From contig NC_042998.1 in the NCBI RefSeq assembly GCF_006345805.1, positions 101,618,001 through 101,682,000 on the forward strand: a DNA stretch of 64,000 bases, read 5' to 3'. The stretch comes from Octopus sinensis (lineage: Eukaryota). A program made the translations under genes and the position numbers. Shown piece after piece: positions 52,949-64,000 of this stretch. Numbering within the stretch: position 1 is the first letter of the stretch; every line of letters starts with the position of its first letter. The notes below the pieces were generated by a model, which was given only the letters and a program-made list of their open reading frames with translations, was not told the DNA's origin and searched no databases.

Positions 52949-53380
52949 TGTATGTATGTATGTATGTATACGCACACACATTTTTACGCACACGTAAATG
53001 TTTTTGTCTCAGCATATATATATCAATATCTCTCTCTCTCTTTCTACATATATATGTGTGGGAGGGTGTATGCACAGACACATACCCACATACACATATA
53101 CACGCTCATACACGCAATCACATACAGTCACCCACACTCACAAACATTAATTCATTACATTATTTATTTGGATATCTGTGTGGACAACTTTCTATATTTG
53201 CAGCTCATTTTACTACTTAATAACTCTCAAATATTATGCGAGACAAATTTACGATTCACTTCTAAAACAGGAAGAAACACGAAAGTCCAATACGAAGGAG
53301 GGGGAAACAATCACCAAGAAGCACGTGTGGTCACCTTTTTTGAAGTAAATGACCGGAAGTAGGAATGAGGAGAAATGCTC

Positions 53381-54474
53381 TCTGGATCAGGAGATTGCTG
53401 TCTGAATCAGGAGATTGCTTTCTGGATCAAGAGAGGGCTTTCTAGAACAGGAGTGTGCGTGTGTGTACGCGCACATATACACACACACACACAGACAGTC
53501 ACACATACACAAATACATGCAGCTAAAACGGGAGAATGAAAAGGAAAAGCAGCAACAAAAACGACTTCAAAATCAAAGAAAAAGAACAGCGGAAGATAGA
53601 CAAAATGAATCAAAAGAACAAAGATTAAAAAGAGTTGTTGATGATAGGGCACTGAACACAACTATTCGTCTAAACAAACGAAGAGAAATAGAGCAGCTCA
53701 AAATCAAAGTGAAGAAACTGAAACTGAAACAACTCAAAGTCAATTTGAACAGAGAGCCAGAACAGAAGATTTACCAATCCAAATTTTGCCGAGTTGAACG
53801 TTGATGCTTTTAGTTATAATCTACATCAAGACTATGCTTCGGAACCTTTAATTCACATTTCCTCAATAAACCAGAAACAGTATATTATCCAGTTCCGTTT
53901 TTAAACTGACTAGGTTTAATTTGAAACTTGGAGCACCTAAATAAGAAATTTAGGTACTCCAAAATTGTGCAATGGAGTAGAACGTATTGTGAAGGAAATG
54001 ACGCCAAATGTTATAGAAGCTACGTTGATTTTTAGATGTGGAGCAGTAAAATGTTCAGTACAATTTAAAATAGTACAGTTTCCAATTAGACTAAGTTTTG
54101 CAATTTCCATCAACAAACAATTTCAATCAGTAAGGAGAAACGCTATCAGTAAATTGTTTGCAATTAGAGGAGCCTTGCTTCTCACATGGACAATTGTATG
54201 TTGGGTGCTCAAATATTGGACGTTAAAATAGTATTTTCATTTATACTCTAGTGGCAAAAATTCATAATATTTATAAAAAAGTGTTATCATAAATTGCTTT
54301 TACGTGTTTTCTATTTCATGTATATTATTGTTGTTGATCTCACAGAATTTGTGACGCCAGTAATGTTAGAACCAATTTTCACAATAATTATTAAGGAAAA
54401 AACTCTTATATCAAAGTTTTAGATGATATATTGTTATTAGCTTTAACCCGGACAACGCTGGGTACTTCTGCTAG
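53381..54474 (+). mobile_element. Internally deleted Helitron: N-terminal RepHel piece fused to the helicase C-terminus, with an intact 3' end; 5' end not located
   Basis: A 20-bp minisatellite (53381-53453) precedes the charged coiled-coil ORF 53415-53804 and DAFSYNLHQDYASEPLIHISSIN. At about 53872 the sequence jumps to VYYPVPFLN..LCNG...VIEAT..QFPIRLSFAISINK..FSHGQLYVGCS. The terminus is ACCCGG-acaacg-CTGGGT-acttctg-CTAG/t. Confidence 0.85.
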
Positions 54475-55034
54475 TATGTATAAGCGAAGACGAAAAAGTA
54501 TATACAAGCTAAAACATTAAAAAGAAAAAGGATAGGAAGGAAAAGGAAATGGAACAGATGAAACAACAAAACTAAAACCGAAACCCAAAGCCTCTAAATA
54601 AAAAAAACACAAAAAACAACTCAAATATGGAGGCTCCACTGGAATACCTAACTCTAGAGGAGAGAAAAACATTTGAAGTGAAAACGAAGACGTGCAACGT
54701 TTACCTACAATTCAAATGCTGGTATGGGGAGACACGGTACAAACTGTCAGTTTGCTCACCCGAGACCCCCACCAAAACTGTAGGGACTTAAAGAGAAGTA
54801 CTTTCCAGACGCGTGGCACCAAGCGTCTCCAAAGAGGAAGTATGCAAATGCAATGCGCTCTTAAGATGTATGTAAAAGGCAGCAACTAAGCAAGTGTCTA
54901 TTTTTGGCATGGCGCAACTGACCTGATTACATCAAGCGCAAACACGGAATTTGCTCCCCACTGCGCAAGTCCCCACAATCAACAGACACAAGTTGGCCTC
55001 CTCTGACGCCAGTACAGTCGTCACGCCAATATTT

Positions 55035-56835
55035 TTTACTAAATATTGGAGGATTGTCGCATTACAACAACTAATGCAAAATCTTTGTTCCTGGGTGACC
55101 TTGCTGTATGCAATCAAGTCCTATGAATAGTACCCATAGAAACTCATCCTATGCCTGATATAAAGGATGCAGGAGTGCACGTACTAAAATATACCATACT
55201 GTGAACCGACAGAATGGAAAGGAGCCATGGCATAGTTGCTGTATACATCCATGAGGACCTCACGTCCCAGGTCCTACTGTCATTCTCAAATTCAGTATGT
55301 AGCTCTCACGTTGTATACATAAGACAACACAATATAGTCATACGCAATACATATCGCCGACCGGATGTTGCAAACAACACAGGTAAGTTTGAAAACTGCC
55401 TCACAAGAATAAAAGAAACACTCATAAAACTTTAACATCATGTGAGTGTGTTTCCTATGGGTGATTTCAACTTCCACATTATCAAATGGCCCGAGGGCCT
55501 CATGCTTTCAGGAATAACTCATTCCAAATAAGTACAGCTGGGGTCCCTGCTCAACTTCATCAATGCCCTATTCATGGAGCAAATTGTGCTCCGATCAAGC
55601 AAGGCGAATAACAATAACATATTGGATCTCTGCTTCACAAACAATATGAACATCGTTCATAATGTGAAAGTGACGCCGAGGGTAGTTTTGGATCACAATA
55701 TAATAGGGCTGTCTATATATGGATCAAAAGTAGCCAGAGACAAGCAGTCTAAAGGGAGCACCCAAAATCTCTCCCATCTGAACTTCCACAAAGCAGACTG
55801 ACAATTGATCCAAAAAGAGATCCGCAGACAGGACTGGCCGAAATATCTCTCCACCCCAGACATTGGCATAAAACTAGAATGCTTCATGTCTGTTATGCAA
55901 ACCATATGCCAGAAACACGTCCCAGGGCACAGAGCCATTAAAAAAAGGATCAAGATCCCAGGGGAGAGGAAGATCCTCATGAGACGACGGACGAAGGCTG
56001 AACCAACATCCCTAGAGTAGCGAAAGGTCTTGGCTGAAGATAACACTGATGGAGATTGAAAAAAGACTGCAACAGCCCTATATGAAGGAGAGAGCAGATA
56101 AAGAAGCCTGGGTTATAAAAAACATCAACTCAAATCCAAAGGCGTTCTTTCATTATGCCAAAGAAACAAACCTCAGTACGCTGCAAAGTAGTACCCATCT
56201 TCCAGAAGGATGGCTCCCTCACAGATAGCCCAACCTGGATCAGTGAGGTACTGAATGACGCATTCAAATGTGTCTTTACCACCCGCTGGAAATGAACGAC
56301 AAATGAACCAACCAGTGGATTTCTTTGCAACCTCACCAGATGGCCTCGATGGTTTCCCATTACTACTCCTCAAATCATGTATACGCGTCCTGGCAAAAAC
56401 ACTACATATTCTCTTCTAAAGTCTTCTTGCAATCGGTAAGCTGCCAAGTAAACTAGAGGAGCGAACAATATGCCCAATCCATAAAGGAAGAAATAGAGCA
56501 GATGTCATAAATTATAGGCCTATCTCTCCGACCTCACATAACAGCAAAAGCATGGAACGAATAGTCAGAGGGAAACTAATCGCATTCCTTGAAGAAAACC
56601 ATGCTGAGTGACCAGGTTGGAGCTGCCTGACAAATCCCCTACAGCTCTATGACTGGGTGTTGAGACAGTTTCTCGACAACTCAAATGTAGACATAATATA
56701 TATTGACTTTGCGCAAGCTTTTGATAAAGTTTATCGTAGTATGATATGCAACAAACTGCGTGATCGTGGCATAGCTGGAAATAGTTACACGACTTTCTGA
56801 AAGATAGAAGTCAGACAGTTGTGGCCAATGGAGCC
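55035..56835 (+). pseudogene. CR1/L2-like LINE ORF2 remnant (APE endonuclease plus N-terminal RT), with frameshifts, deletions and 3' truncation; possible ORF1 debris from about 54640
   Basis: HGIVAVYI, TYRRP, MGDFNF, LDLCFTN..DHN (APE); PIHKG..NYRPISPTS..MERIV, VDIIYIDFAQAFDKV, FLKDRSQTVVANG (RT). Confidence 0.85.
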
Positions 56836-57512
56836 TCTTGTGACGCCGTGGGCCTTGGCCTCCGATGTAGTACCCGAAGTTTCAGTTCAAATTCATTTGA
56901 ACTCTACTATACGATTTCTAAACTAAACCCATCTAACTCGCACCTGTATATATAGTTTTATGGTCTTCTACCGAGCTGTTCCGATATATTGTATAATAAA
57001 TATAGTTACAGTAATAATAATCTATTGAGGGAATTTATTTATATATATATTTTACTACATCACTACGAGTGATTATGTAAACAAGAAAGCGAGGTATGAT
57101 ACCTAGATTTCGAAAAACACTAACTGTCAGCAGCATCTCATCAGAACAAAAAAAGAACATAACAACCAACTAAACAAAGTTATCATTGTTTTCCTATGCT
57201 ATATGCTATGTCATTGTACTACCAAAAGCAATTAAAATGACACTTTAAGAGAACAGTATTTGTCAACAATGTCTACAACACAGCAGTACATTCTAACCAT
57301 ACTACATTTGAATTTAATGAGGAAACACTTGCAGTGACTAAAGTCAAACCATTGAACGATACTAACTACCCCGATATCTATATACACAAATATCAAAACA
57401 GGTCTGATATCAGCACACACACTTCTCTCTAATTTTCCGTCTCAATTCCTTTCACACCTTCTAATATTCCCACCAAGACACACAGAACTACTTACATACC
57501 TCAGCCAACGTT

Positions 57513-57570
57513 AATGCCATATAGTCTGAGGAAATGAAGACATGAATTACGATTCCCGCCCCCACGTCCA
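57513..57570 (+). repeat. Decayed copy of the 6118-type hammerhead region
   Basis: aatgccata..tgaggaaa..attcc..cgtccatggat is shared with 6114-6200, but GAAAC is lost. Confidence 0.4.
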
Positions 57571-58005
57571 TGGATACTACAGCTGTGCTATAATCACATC
57601 AGGAACACGGACTATGATCGTAAGAAATGTATGATTTGTGGAAGTGCACTTAGCGATGCATTGAAATATTTATAAATTCCATCCATAGATAATAACTATG
57701 CGCGCGCACGTGTGTGTGCGTGTGTATGATGTCTATATGTTAGTAAGAAACTTTAGTGTTGCATATTGTGGAAATAATGGAAACAAGCGTTGTATAGTTT
57801 TCATGTTATACCAAAATATAAATTTGAATTCACAAAACGTGCTACTGAATGACAGCCGGATTAGAACTCTACCTAGCAAGGAATTCAATAAAATTGTTAC
57901 AAAGATCACGGTTCCTATAGATCTACATACACATATACCTCTCTCTTTATGTATACATGCATAATACATGCATACATACACACACACACACACTCATATA
58001 TATAT

Positions 58006-58108
<103 letters not shown>

Positions 58109-59617
58109 GAAGAGAGAGAGAGAGAGAGAAGAGAGAGAGAAGAAATGCAGGCTGGAAACGAAAGCAATACATTGCTGCAAACGAATCATGGATCTGTCGA
58201 TTCCTCGCATTGTCAATTGAAGTATTATCCTTTTCCAGATCTATTTCAGTGACTGGATATTTGTTATTTAACTCAAGTATTTTCGATAAAATTTGATCCA
58301 ACTTACTCAAAGGGAATGTGAAACAACAGTTTGCCCTAGGCGGTCAAACAATGATATTGGTGTCAAAAATGTTGGATTGTAGAGCTTGTTTAGGAAAAGA
58401 ATCCCAGAATTTGAAATAATTGTAGTTTAATAAGTTAAATTTCTATTTTTGAGAGAGAGAGAGTGGTTCAAATTCCCCTACCTCTCTCTCTCTCTCTCTC
58501 TCTCTCTATTTATTTATCTATCCTTTTCTCTTTCTGGATATTGTTCATAAAGTTATCGCATATAGAATGTGAAGTTAGAGCATCTGGTATATGTAGGTAT
58601 ATGTATGTATGTATGTATTTATGTATGTATGTATGTATGTATGTATGTATGTATGTATGTATGTATGTATGTATGTATGTATGTATTAATTTCGAATGGT
58701 TGTGCATTGCTGCAAGGCACAATGCAATTAAAATATTTAATACCAAAATCTAAATGAAGACTAACGAAGGGTCTAGCATTAGAAATGAAACTAGTATGCA
58801 ATAAGGCATATCTGAATATTTTGATTAATTACAATACAAAAAAACTAGTTCATTTCCATATGTAAATCTCCAATACACACATGCATACATAGACATAGGC
58901 CCCCACATATATATATGTGAATATACACACATACATACACAAACACATACACACACACACGCACACACACACACACGGACACACACACACACACACACGG
59001 ACACACACACACACATATATATATATACATAAATGTAAATTGTTGACGTCATACATTGAATTATATTAGCGCAAATGCAAAATTTATTTCTGATGAAGTT
59101 AATACAGAAGTCGATATACCTGTTGCCTCTAATCAATGTAAGGGCTGTTAATTTTGAACTTTATTTACATATTTAGGAGCGAATATGCATGAATTATCAT
59201 TTGCGATCACGTGATAAATCTGAATAAATTTGAATTCTCAAAATCTGATTTAAATAACTTTTCGATTTTGAAAGTAATTGATTATGTTCCGATTTTTTTT
59301 ATGAGTGCCTTAAATTGGTTTTTGTTCTTTTGTATATTGATTGAAAATGAATTTAATCCATTTGGTGAAAATTCTTTGTGCGCACTGCCCTGTTTGTTTG
59401 GAAAAGAATTAATTCAGATAATGATAATACTCACCACTCAGACTATGAAATCAGTCTGAATTTCTGCTCTTACTGTAGCACATACTCACAGCGCACTTTG
59501 CGATCAAATTATGATACAGAACGCTACACAGGGAATTATTTTCCTGCAGTGGTTTATCATTACTTAAGATTCGATTCAGCTTCACTCACACTCCAACAAT
59601 TTCTACATGTATGTATG

Positions 59618-59651
<34 letters not shown>

Positions 59652-59760
59652 TGTATGTATGTATGTATGTATGTATGTATGTATGTATGTATGTATGCAT
59701 GTATGTATGTGTGTATGCATGTATGTTTCTATGTGTGTATGTATATATGTACAAACATAC

Positions 59761-59803
<43 letters not shown>

Positions 59804-59982
59804 GAAACATACATATACATATATATACATATATATTTATATAGAAACATACATATTTATATATATATATATTATTTATATAGAAACAGAGGGAGGTTGA
59901 GTGAGAAAGATAGTGATGAAAATAATCACATGCCTACATATACACGTGTAAATAGATATAGCTATATATTTTCAGTCTTTTC

Positions 59983-60055
<73 letters not shown>

Positions 60056-60061
<6 letters not shown>

Positions 60062-60221
60062 AAATTAGCTTCTCCCAATCCCTTGGTAATTCACCCTTCC
60101 CTCTCCCCGCTTCTCTCTTATCCCTTCTTGCCTTTCCTCCTGAACTACCTTCAATCTCTCCCTATTGACCTTCACCCATTCTACTCTGAACCACTAGTTG
60201 CCAATCTTTTCACTCTGAAGA

Positions 60222-60267
<46 letters not shown>

Positions 60268-60713
60268 GAAGAGGCTGAATATATTCAGAAGACGAACACT
60301 CGTGTATAAACGCATAAATATTTACATAATCACAGAACAAATTTACACGGAGTTCAAAAAGTCCAACAACTAAGAGGAGAATGCATGGTATTTCAAGCCT
60401 GACAGCTGTTTCTGGAATCTCGGAATGATGTAATATTTCTAATGTAAGATAAGAAATGCAAAAAAGTCAAGAATATTCAACCAGTAGTAGATGCATATAA
60501 ACATCACAGTAAATGCAGCCTCAGTCTTCAGAGTGAAAAAATTGGCAACTAGTGGTTCAGATTATGATTAGAGAAATTTTAATAGTAGAATGGGTGAAGG
60601 TCAATAGGGAGAGATTGAAGGAAGTTCAGGAGGAAAGGCAAGAAGGGATAAGAGAGAAGCAGGGAGAGGTAGGGGTGAATTACCAAGGGATTGGGAGAAG
60701 CTAATTTAAAATT
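60056..60713. repeat. Inverted duplication of about 170 bp (60056-60225 versus 60521-60713) at the end of a purine-rich, probably PLE-derived tract (to about 61230)
   Basis: The arms are near-exact reverse complements apart from a 23-bp insertion at 60561-60583. The spacer contains gacagctgtttctgg, as in the foldback at 1-239. Confidence 0.85.
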
Positions 60714-61239
60714 ACAAGTTTTATGTCGAGAGATAAGTGAGAAGTCATGGGATGGGTAGTATTGTGAAGGGTTGCGTTGTTGAGTGTGTTGACAGCAAAT
60801 GATATTAGACTGTGATGGTAGAAGATATAGAACTAGACGAAGAAGGGGTGAATGAAGTAGGGAGTGGGGTTAAGATAGCAGGGCAAAAAGGGCTACTGAG
60901 AAAGAGGATTAGGTAAGGTGAGATAAATGAGGGGTGGGTATTGAAATGAAGAAAAAGCCATCTAATTATAGCTGCTGGCAGGTAGCTGATAGAGAAATTC
61001 GGAGAATGGATGTAGGATAGTTCAGCTGAAGAATACTGAAGTAGGGAGAAAAGTATAAGAGCAAATAGCGAGTGAAAGACACAGAGGGAGAATTGATGGT
61101 ATAGGGTGGTAGCAATGGCAAAGGATAGATATTGCTAAGTGGTTTGTGTGAAGATAAATTTCGAAGGAGGAGGGAAAGAAATCTGACGGATAGTGGTGGG
61201 TCTAGCATAGGAGAATGTGTGAAGATATTCGATATATAT

Positions 61240-61314
<75 letters not shown>

Positions 61315-61319
61315 TATGT

Positions 61320-61627
61320 GGAGGCGCAATGACCTAGTGGTTAGGGCAGCGGACTCCCGGTCGTAGGATCGCGGTTCCGACTCCCAGACCGGGCGTTGTG
61401 AGTGTTTATTGATTGAAAACACCTAAAGCTCCACGAGGCTCCGGCAGGGGGTGGTGGCGATCCCTGCTGCACTCTTTCGCCACAACTTTCTCACTCTTTC
61501 TTCTGTTGGCTTGCTCGCTTAGCCAGCGGGGTGGCGTCATTTGAAGGCTAAAACAATGCAAAGCGCATTGTGACCAGCGATATGTAACAACATCTGATGG
61601 CCTGGTCGGTCACGGTGGTCACGGTGA
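61320..61627 (+). mobile_element. tRNA-derived SINE family B
   Basis: ggaggcgcaatgacctagtggttagggcagcggactcccggtcgtaggatcgcggttccgactccc head, and tail ggtcacggtggtcacggtga. Embedded in (TA)n. Confidence 0.9.
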
Positions 61628-62849
61628 TATATATATATATATATATATATCAAGAGAGAGAAAGAAAGAGAGAGAGAGAGAGATAAATAGACTGAATGCT
61701 AGATAGGTAGATAGATATAGATATAGATATGGGAGGTATAAGCGAGCGGGATATGTTACTTTCGCGCATGAGTTGTAATTTAAGATTGAATCGTAATTAG
61801 GTGAATTATATATATTTAATGGATAAGCGATGAATAATATTTGTTTACATGAAAGGATTACATCTGAGAATGCATTGAGTAATGAGGGCTCGTGGTGGCA
61901 AAGGATAACGAACGATTCTTTTAAAAACGACTTTAAAAGATTCAATTTTAAATTCAACTTTAAGTAACCCTGAGACTTTCCTCCCCCTACCTTATCACCT
62001 TTTCCCCTTCAAAATGGGAATAAAAGACAAAACAAAAAGGAAAGATAATCGATCGTATTTAATTCTTAATCTGTTCAAATGACGGAAACTACCCAAGTTC
62101 GAGTTATCAATTTATGCTGTATTAGCGAGCCAGAAAAGGGGTAAATAAGTACTAAAACTACAGGAATATTCAATAAATGGAACTTAGAGACATATGGAAA
62201 CACCGTATACCTTTACACTCAGAGGAAAAATAAATCCCAAGATAAGGAAAAACAAGAGTGAAAATACAATTCCTGAAACGGTTATCTAGCCATAAGGAGA
62301 ATAGTCTCCTTCTCTCCCGTCTCACAGTGTCACTCCATCTGTTACCCCATAAGCAACTATAAGCAACAACAGATAATATACTTAGTCAAGTATGCCGCGA
62401 CATTTTTATACTCCTAGGTGAACGATGAAAATTATTGTGTGTATATGTGTATGTTCGTTTACTTTCTTTTCGTAGATGTATATCTTTTGTGTATGTAGGA
62501 ACCAATGAGTCGTTATAGTTTCATTTGTATATCTACATGTAATCGTGTATGTATGTATACATATATATATATGTATACATACATTCGCACACACACACAC
62601 ACATGTATACATAGCAATACAAAAAGGAGCAACAATACTGGATAATCAGTATACACCATGTGGCAAAATTATGAGTTGAATATATGTGGAAAACATATAA
62701 AAAGTGGAAGAGAAATGCCTTCCTTTCACATAGCTTAGTATATTTTCATAACGAATTTATTTATATATATATATTTTATGGATGTCATGATATCCAACCG
62801 GTTTTCGCTATTTAAATTAGCTTTTCAAGGGACATTATGAAATAATCAT

Positions 62850-63400
62850 TTCTAGTGACAACGGCGTCTTGCCATTTTGGATACTTGAAAAGCAAGAATG
62901 AGTCTAGAGTGTGGAGAAAGAGAGACATGAGTATAATTCTTGAAATAGGAATGTGTAAGGATCAGGTAGTCAGGTTTGTGTATTAAGGTGTTGTTTCTAC
63001 TTTGTATGAACAGGATTTCCTTGTTTAGGTGTTCTTGTAAGGAGATTGAATTTTTGAATTGGTATAATGGAAAAATATGGAAATTCGGTGTTGTATTTCT
63101 TGCGCATCTGTCGATATGTTCGCTCAAAAATGTCTGCCTGTATTGACGAAAACGAATCTGTTCTTTATGCAGCATAACTCTGCGTCTAAGATTAAGGTCC
63201 GTTTGGCCCACATAATTGTGGCCACAACCTCAGCAGGTTAGGACATAGATAAGTTTCTGGGAAGCACATGTGAAGTTGGTCTTAATTCAGTTAGGTATCG
63301 GCATGTACCATATTTAGGTCGTGTGCATTTTTTAAGTGTTGGTATCGTATGTGTTGAGTATAGCTTTGCATTTGTTAGGAGTCTAAGTGATTTCACTAAC
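62850..63400 (-). pseudogene. Penelope-like Cys linker plus GIY-YIG endonuclease fragment
   Basis: KSLRLLTNAKL..PTLKKCTRPKYGTCRYL, then TNFTCASQKLIYVLTC*GCGHNYVGQTDLNLRRRVMLHKEQI..LSEHIDRC..F.IFPLYQ..LNKEILFI. Confidence 0.85.
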
Positions 63401-63403
63401 GAA

Positions 63404-63732
63404 GAAGCACTATTAGTCTCCTTCGAGGTTATAAACCTCTGCACTAACATTCCACATGAATACAGTATAAAGGAATAAAATTCTGGTTATAAAAATACCC
63501 CGAACGTCTCCTGGACCTCATAAAACCAGACTTGTGTCATAGAATCTCTGAAGTTCATCCTACAAAACAATTACATCCTCTTCTATGCAACATACTACCT
63601 CCAAAGATGAGGTATTGCGACGGAAACAAAAGCAGCCCCTGTCCTTGCGAGCCTAATAAGGGGTTTCGTTGAATCTACCCTATATGAACTTACCGCTCCA
63701 AAACTTTGTACCCCCATTTTACCAGTATATAA
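63404..63732 (+). pseudogene. Penelope-like RT fragment, inverted relative to the adjacent endonuclease fragment
   Basis: LLVSFEVINLCTNIPHE (motif A), IESLKFILQNNY, and YYLQR*GIATETKAAPVLASL (motif B' QxxGxxMGxxxAP). Confidence 0.85.
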
Positions 63733-63789
63733 ATTACATTATATTATGTAATTTATAAATGTACTGTAACCTCTAATAATAATAAGTAA

Positions 63790-64000
63790 AAAGAATATAT
63801 AGGATCCACAGCGAATGAAATTAAAAGAAGAATTACCCTGCATTATCAATCCTTTAAAAATCCCAAATTAAGTAATTCGACAGGTCTAAGTAAATATATA
63901 TGGGAATTGAAATCTGCAAAAATAGAATAGACCCTGAATTGGAATATCATTAGTAGAGAGAAGTCATATCGAATAAGTAATAAAATGTGCTTGCTATGCA
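63790..64000 (+). pseudogene. Second Penelope-like GIY-YIG fragment (different family), running off the window edge
   Basis: KEYIGSTANEIKRRITLHYQSFKNPKLSNSTGLSKYIWELKS..LNWNIISREKSY..NKMCLLC. Confidence 0.85.

Noticed and set aside
53381-53453. 20-bp tandem repeats as a possible CRISPR-like array
   Set aside because: The repeats are contiguous with no spacers, in a eukaryotic context. This is a minisatellite within a Helitron.
59378-60373. 331-aa ORF and the many YI/CV/HT/YVCM-rich ORFs in the track
   Set aside because: These are stop-free frames created by (TA)n, (CA)n and (TATG)n tracts, with no protein motifs or codon structure.

Overview
This 64 kb window is AT-rich, microsatellite-dense eukaryotic DNA. 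I recognise no host protein-coding gene, rRNA, bona fide tRNA or CRISPR array in it. The repeat families and the (TA)n/(CA)n/(TATG)n/(TAA)n load resemble an Octopus-type cephalopod genome; this is inference from pattern recognition, not a database search. Almost all ORFs in the supplied track are microsatellite read-throughs or transposon debris. The window holds about 12 tRNA-derived SINE copies of three families, a DD37D (maT) and two DD34D-type mariner transposase remnants, and three Helitron remnants. It also holds a CR1/L2-like LINE, an R4/Dong-like LINE 3' end in a (TAA)n tract, many Penelope-like (PLE) fragments, several long foldback elements and a near-identical 994-bp tandem duplication. 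The most striking structure is at about 36.8-37.9 kb: a palindrome of two head-to-head tRNA-like Pol III units, each followed by a (TAA)n tract and a minimal type I hammerhead-ribozyme-like motif. Further hammerhead-like motifs of two other families are scattered through the window. Protein calls come from manual translation and motif recognition, and many boundaries are approximate.
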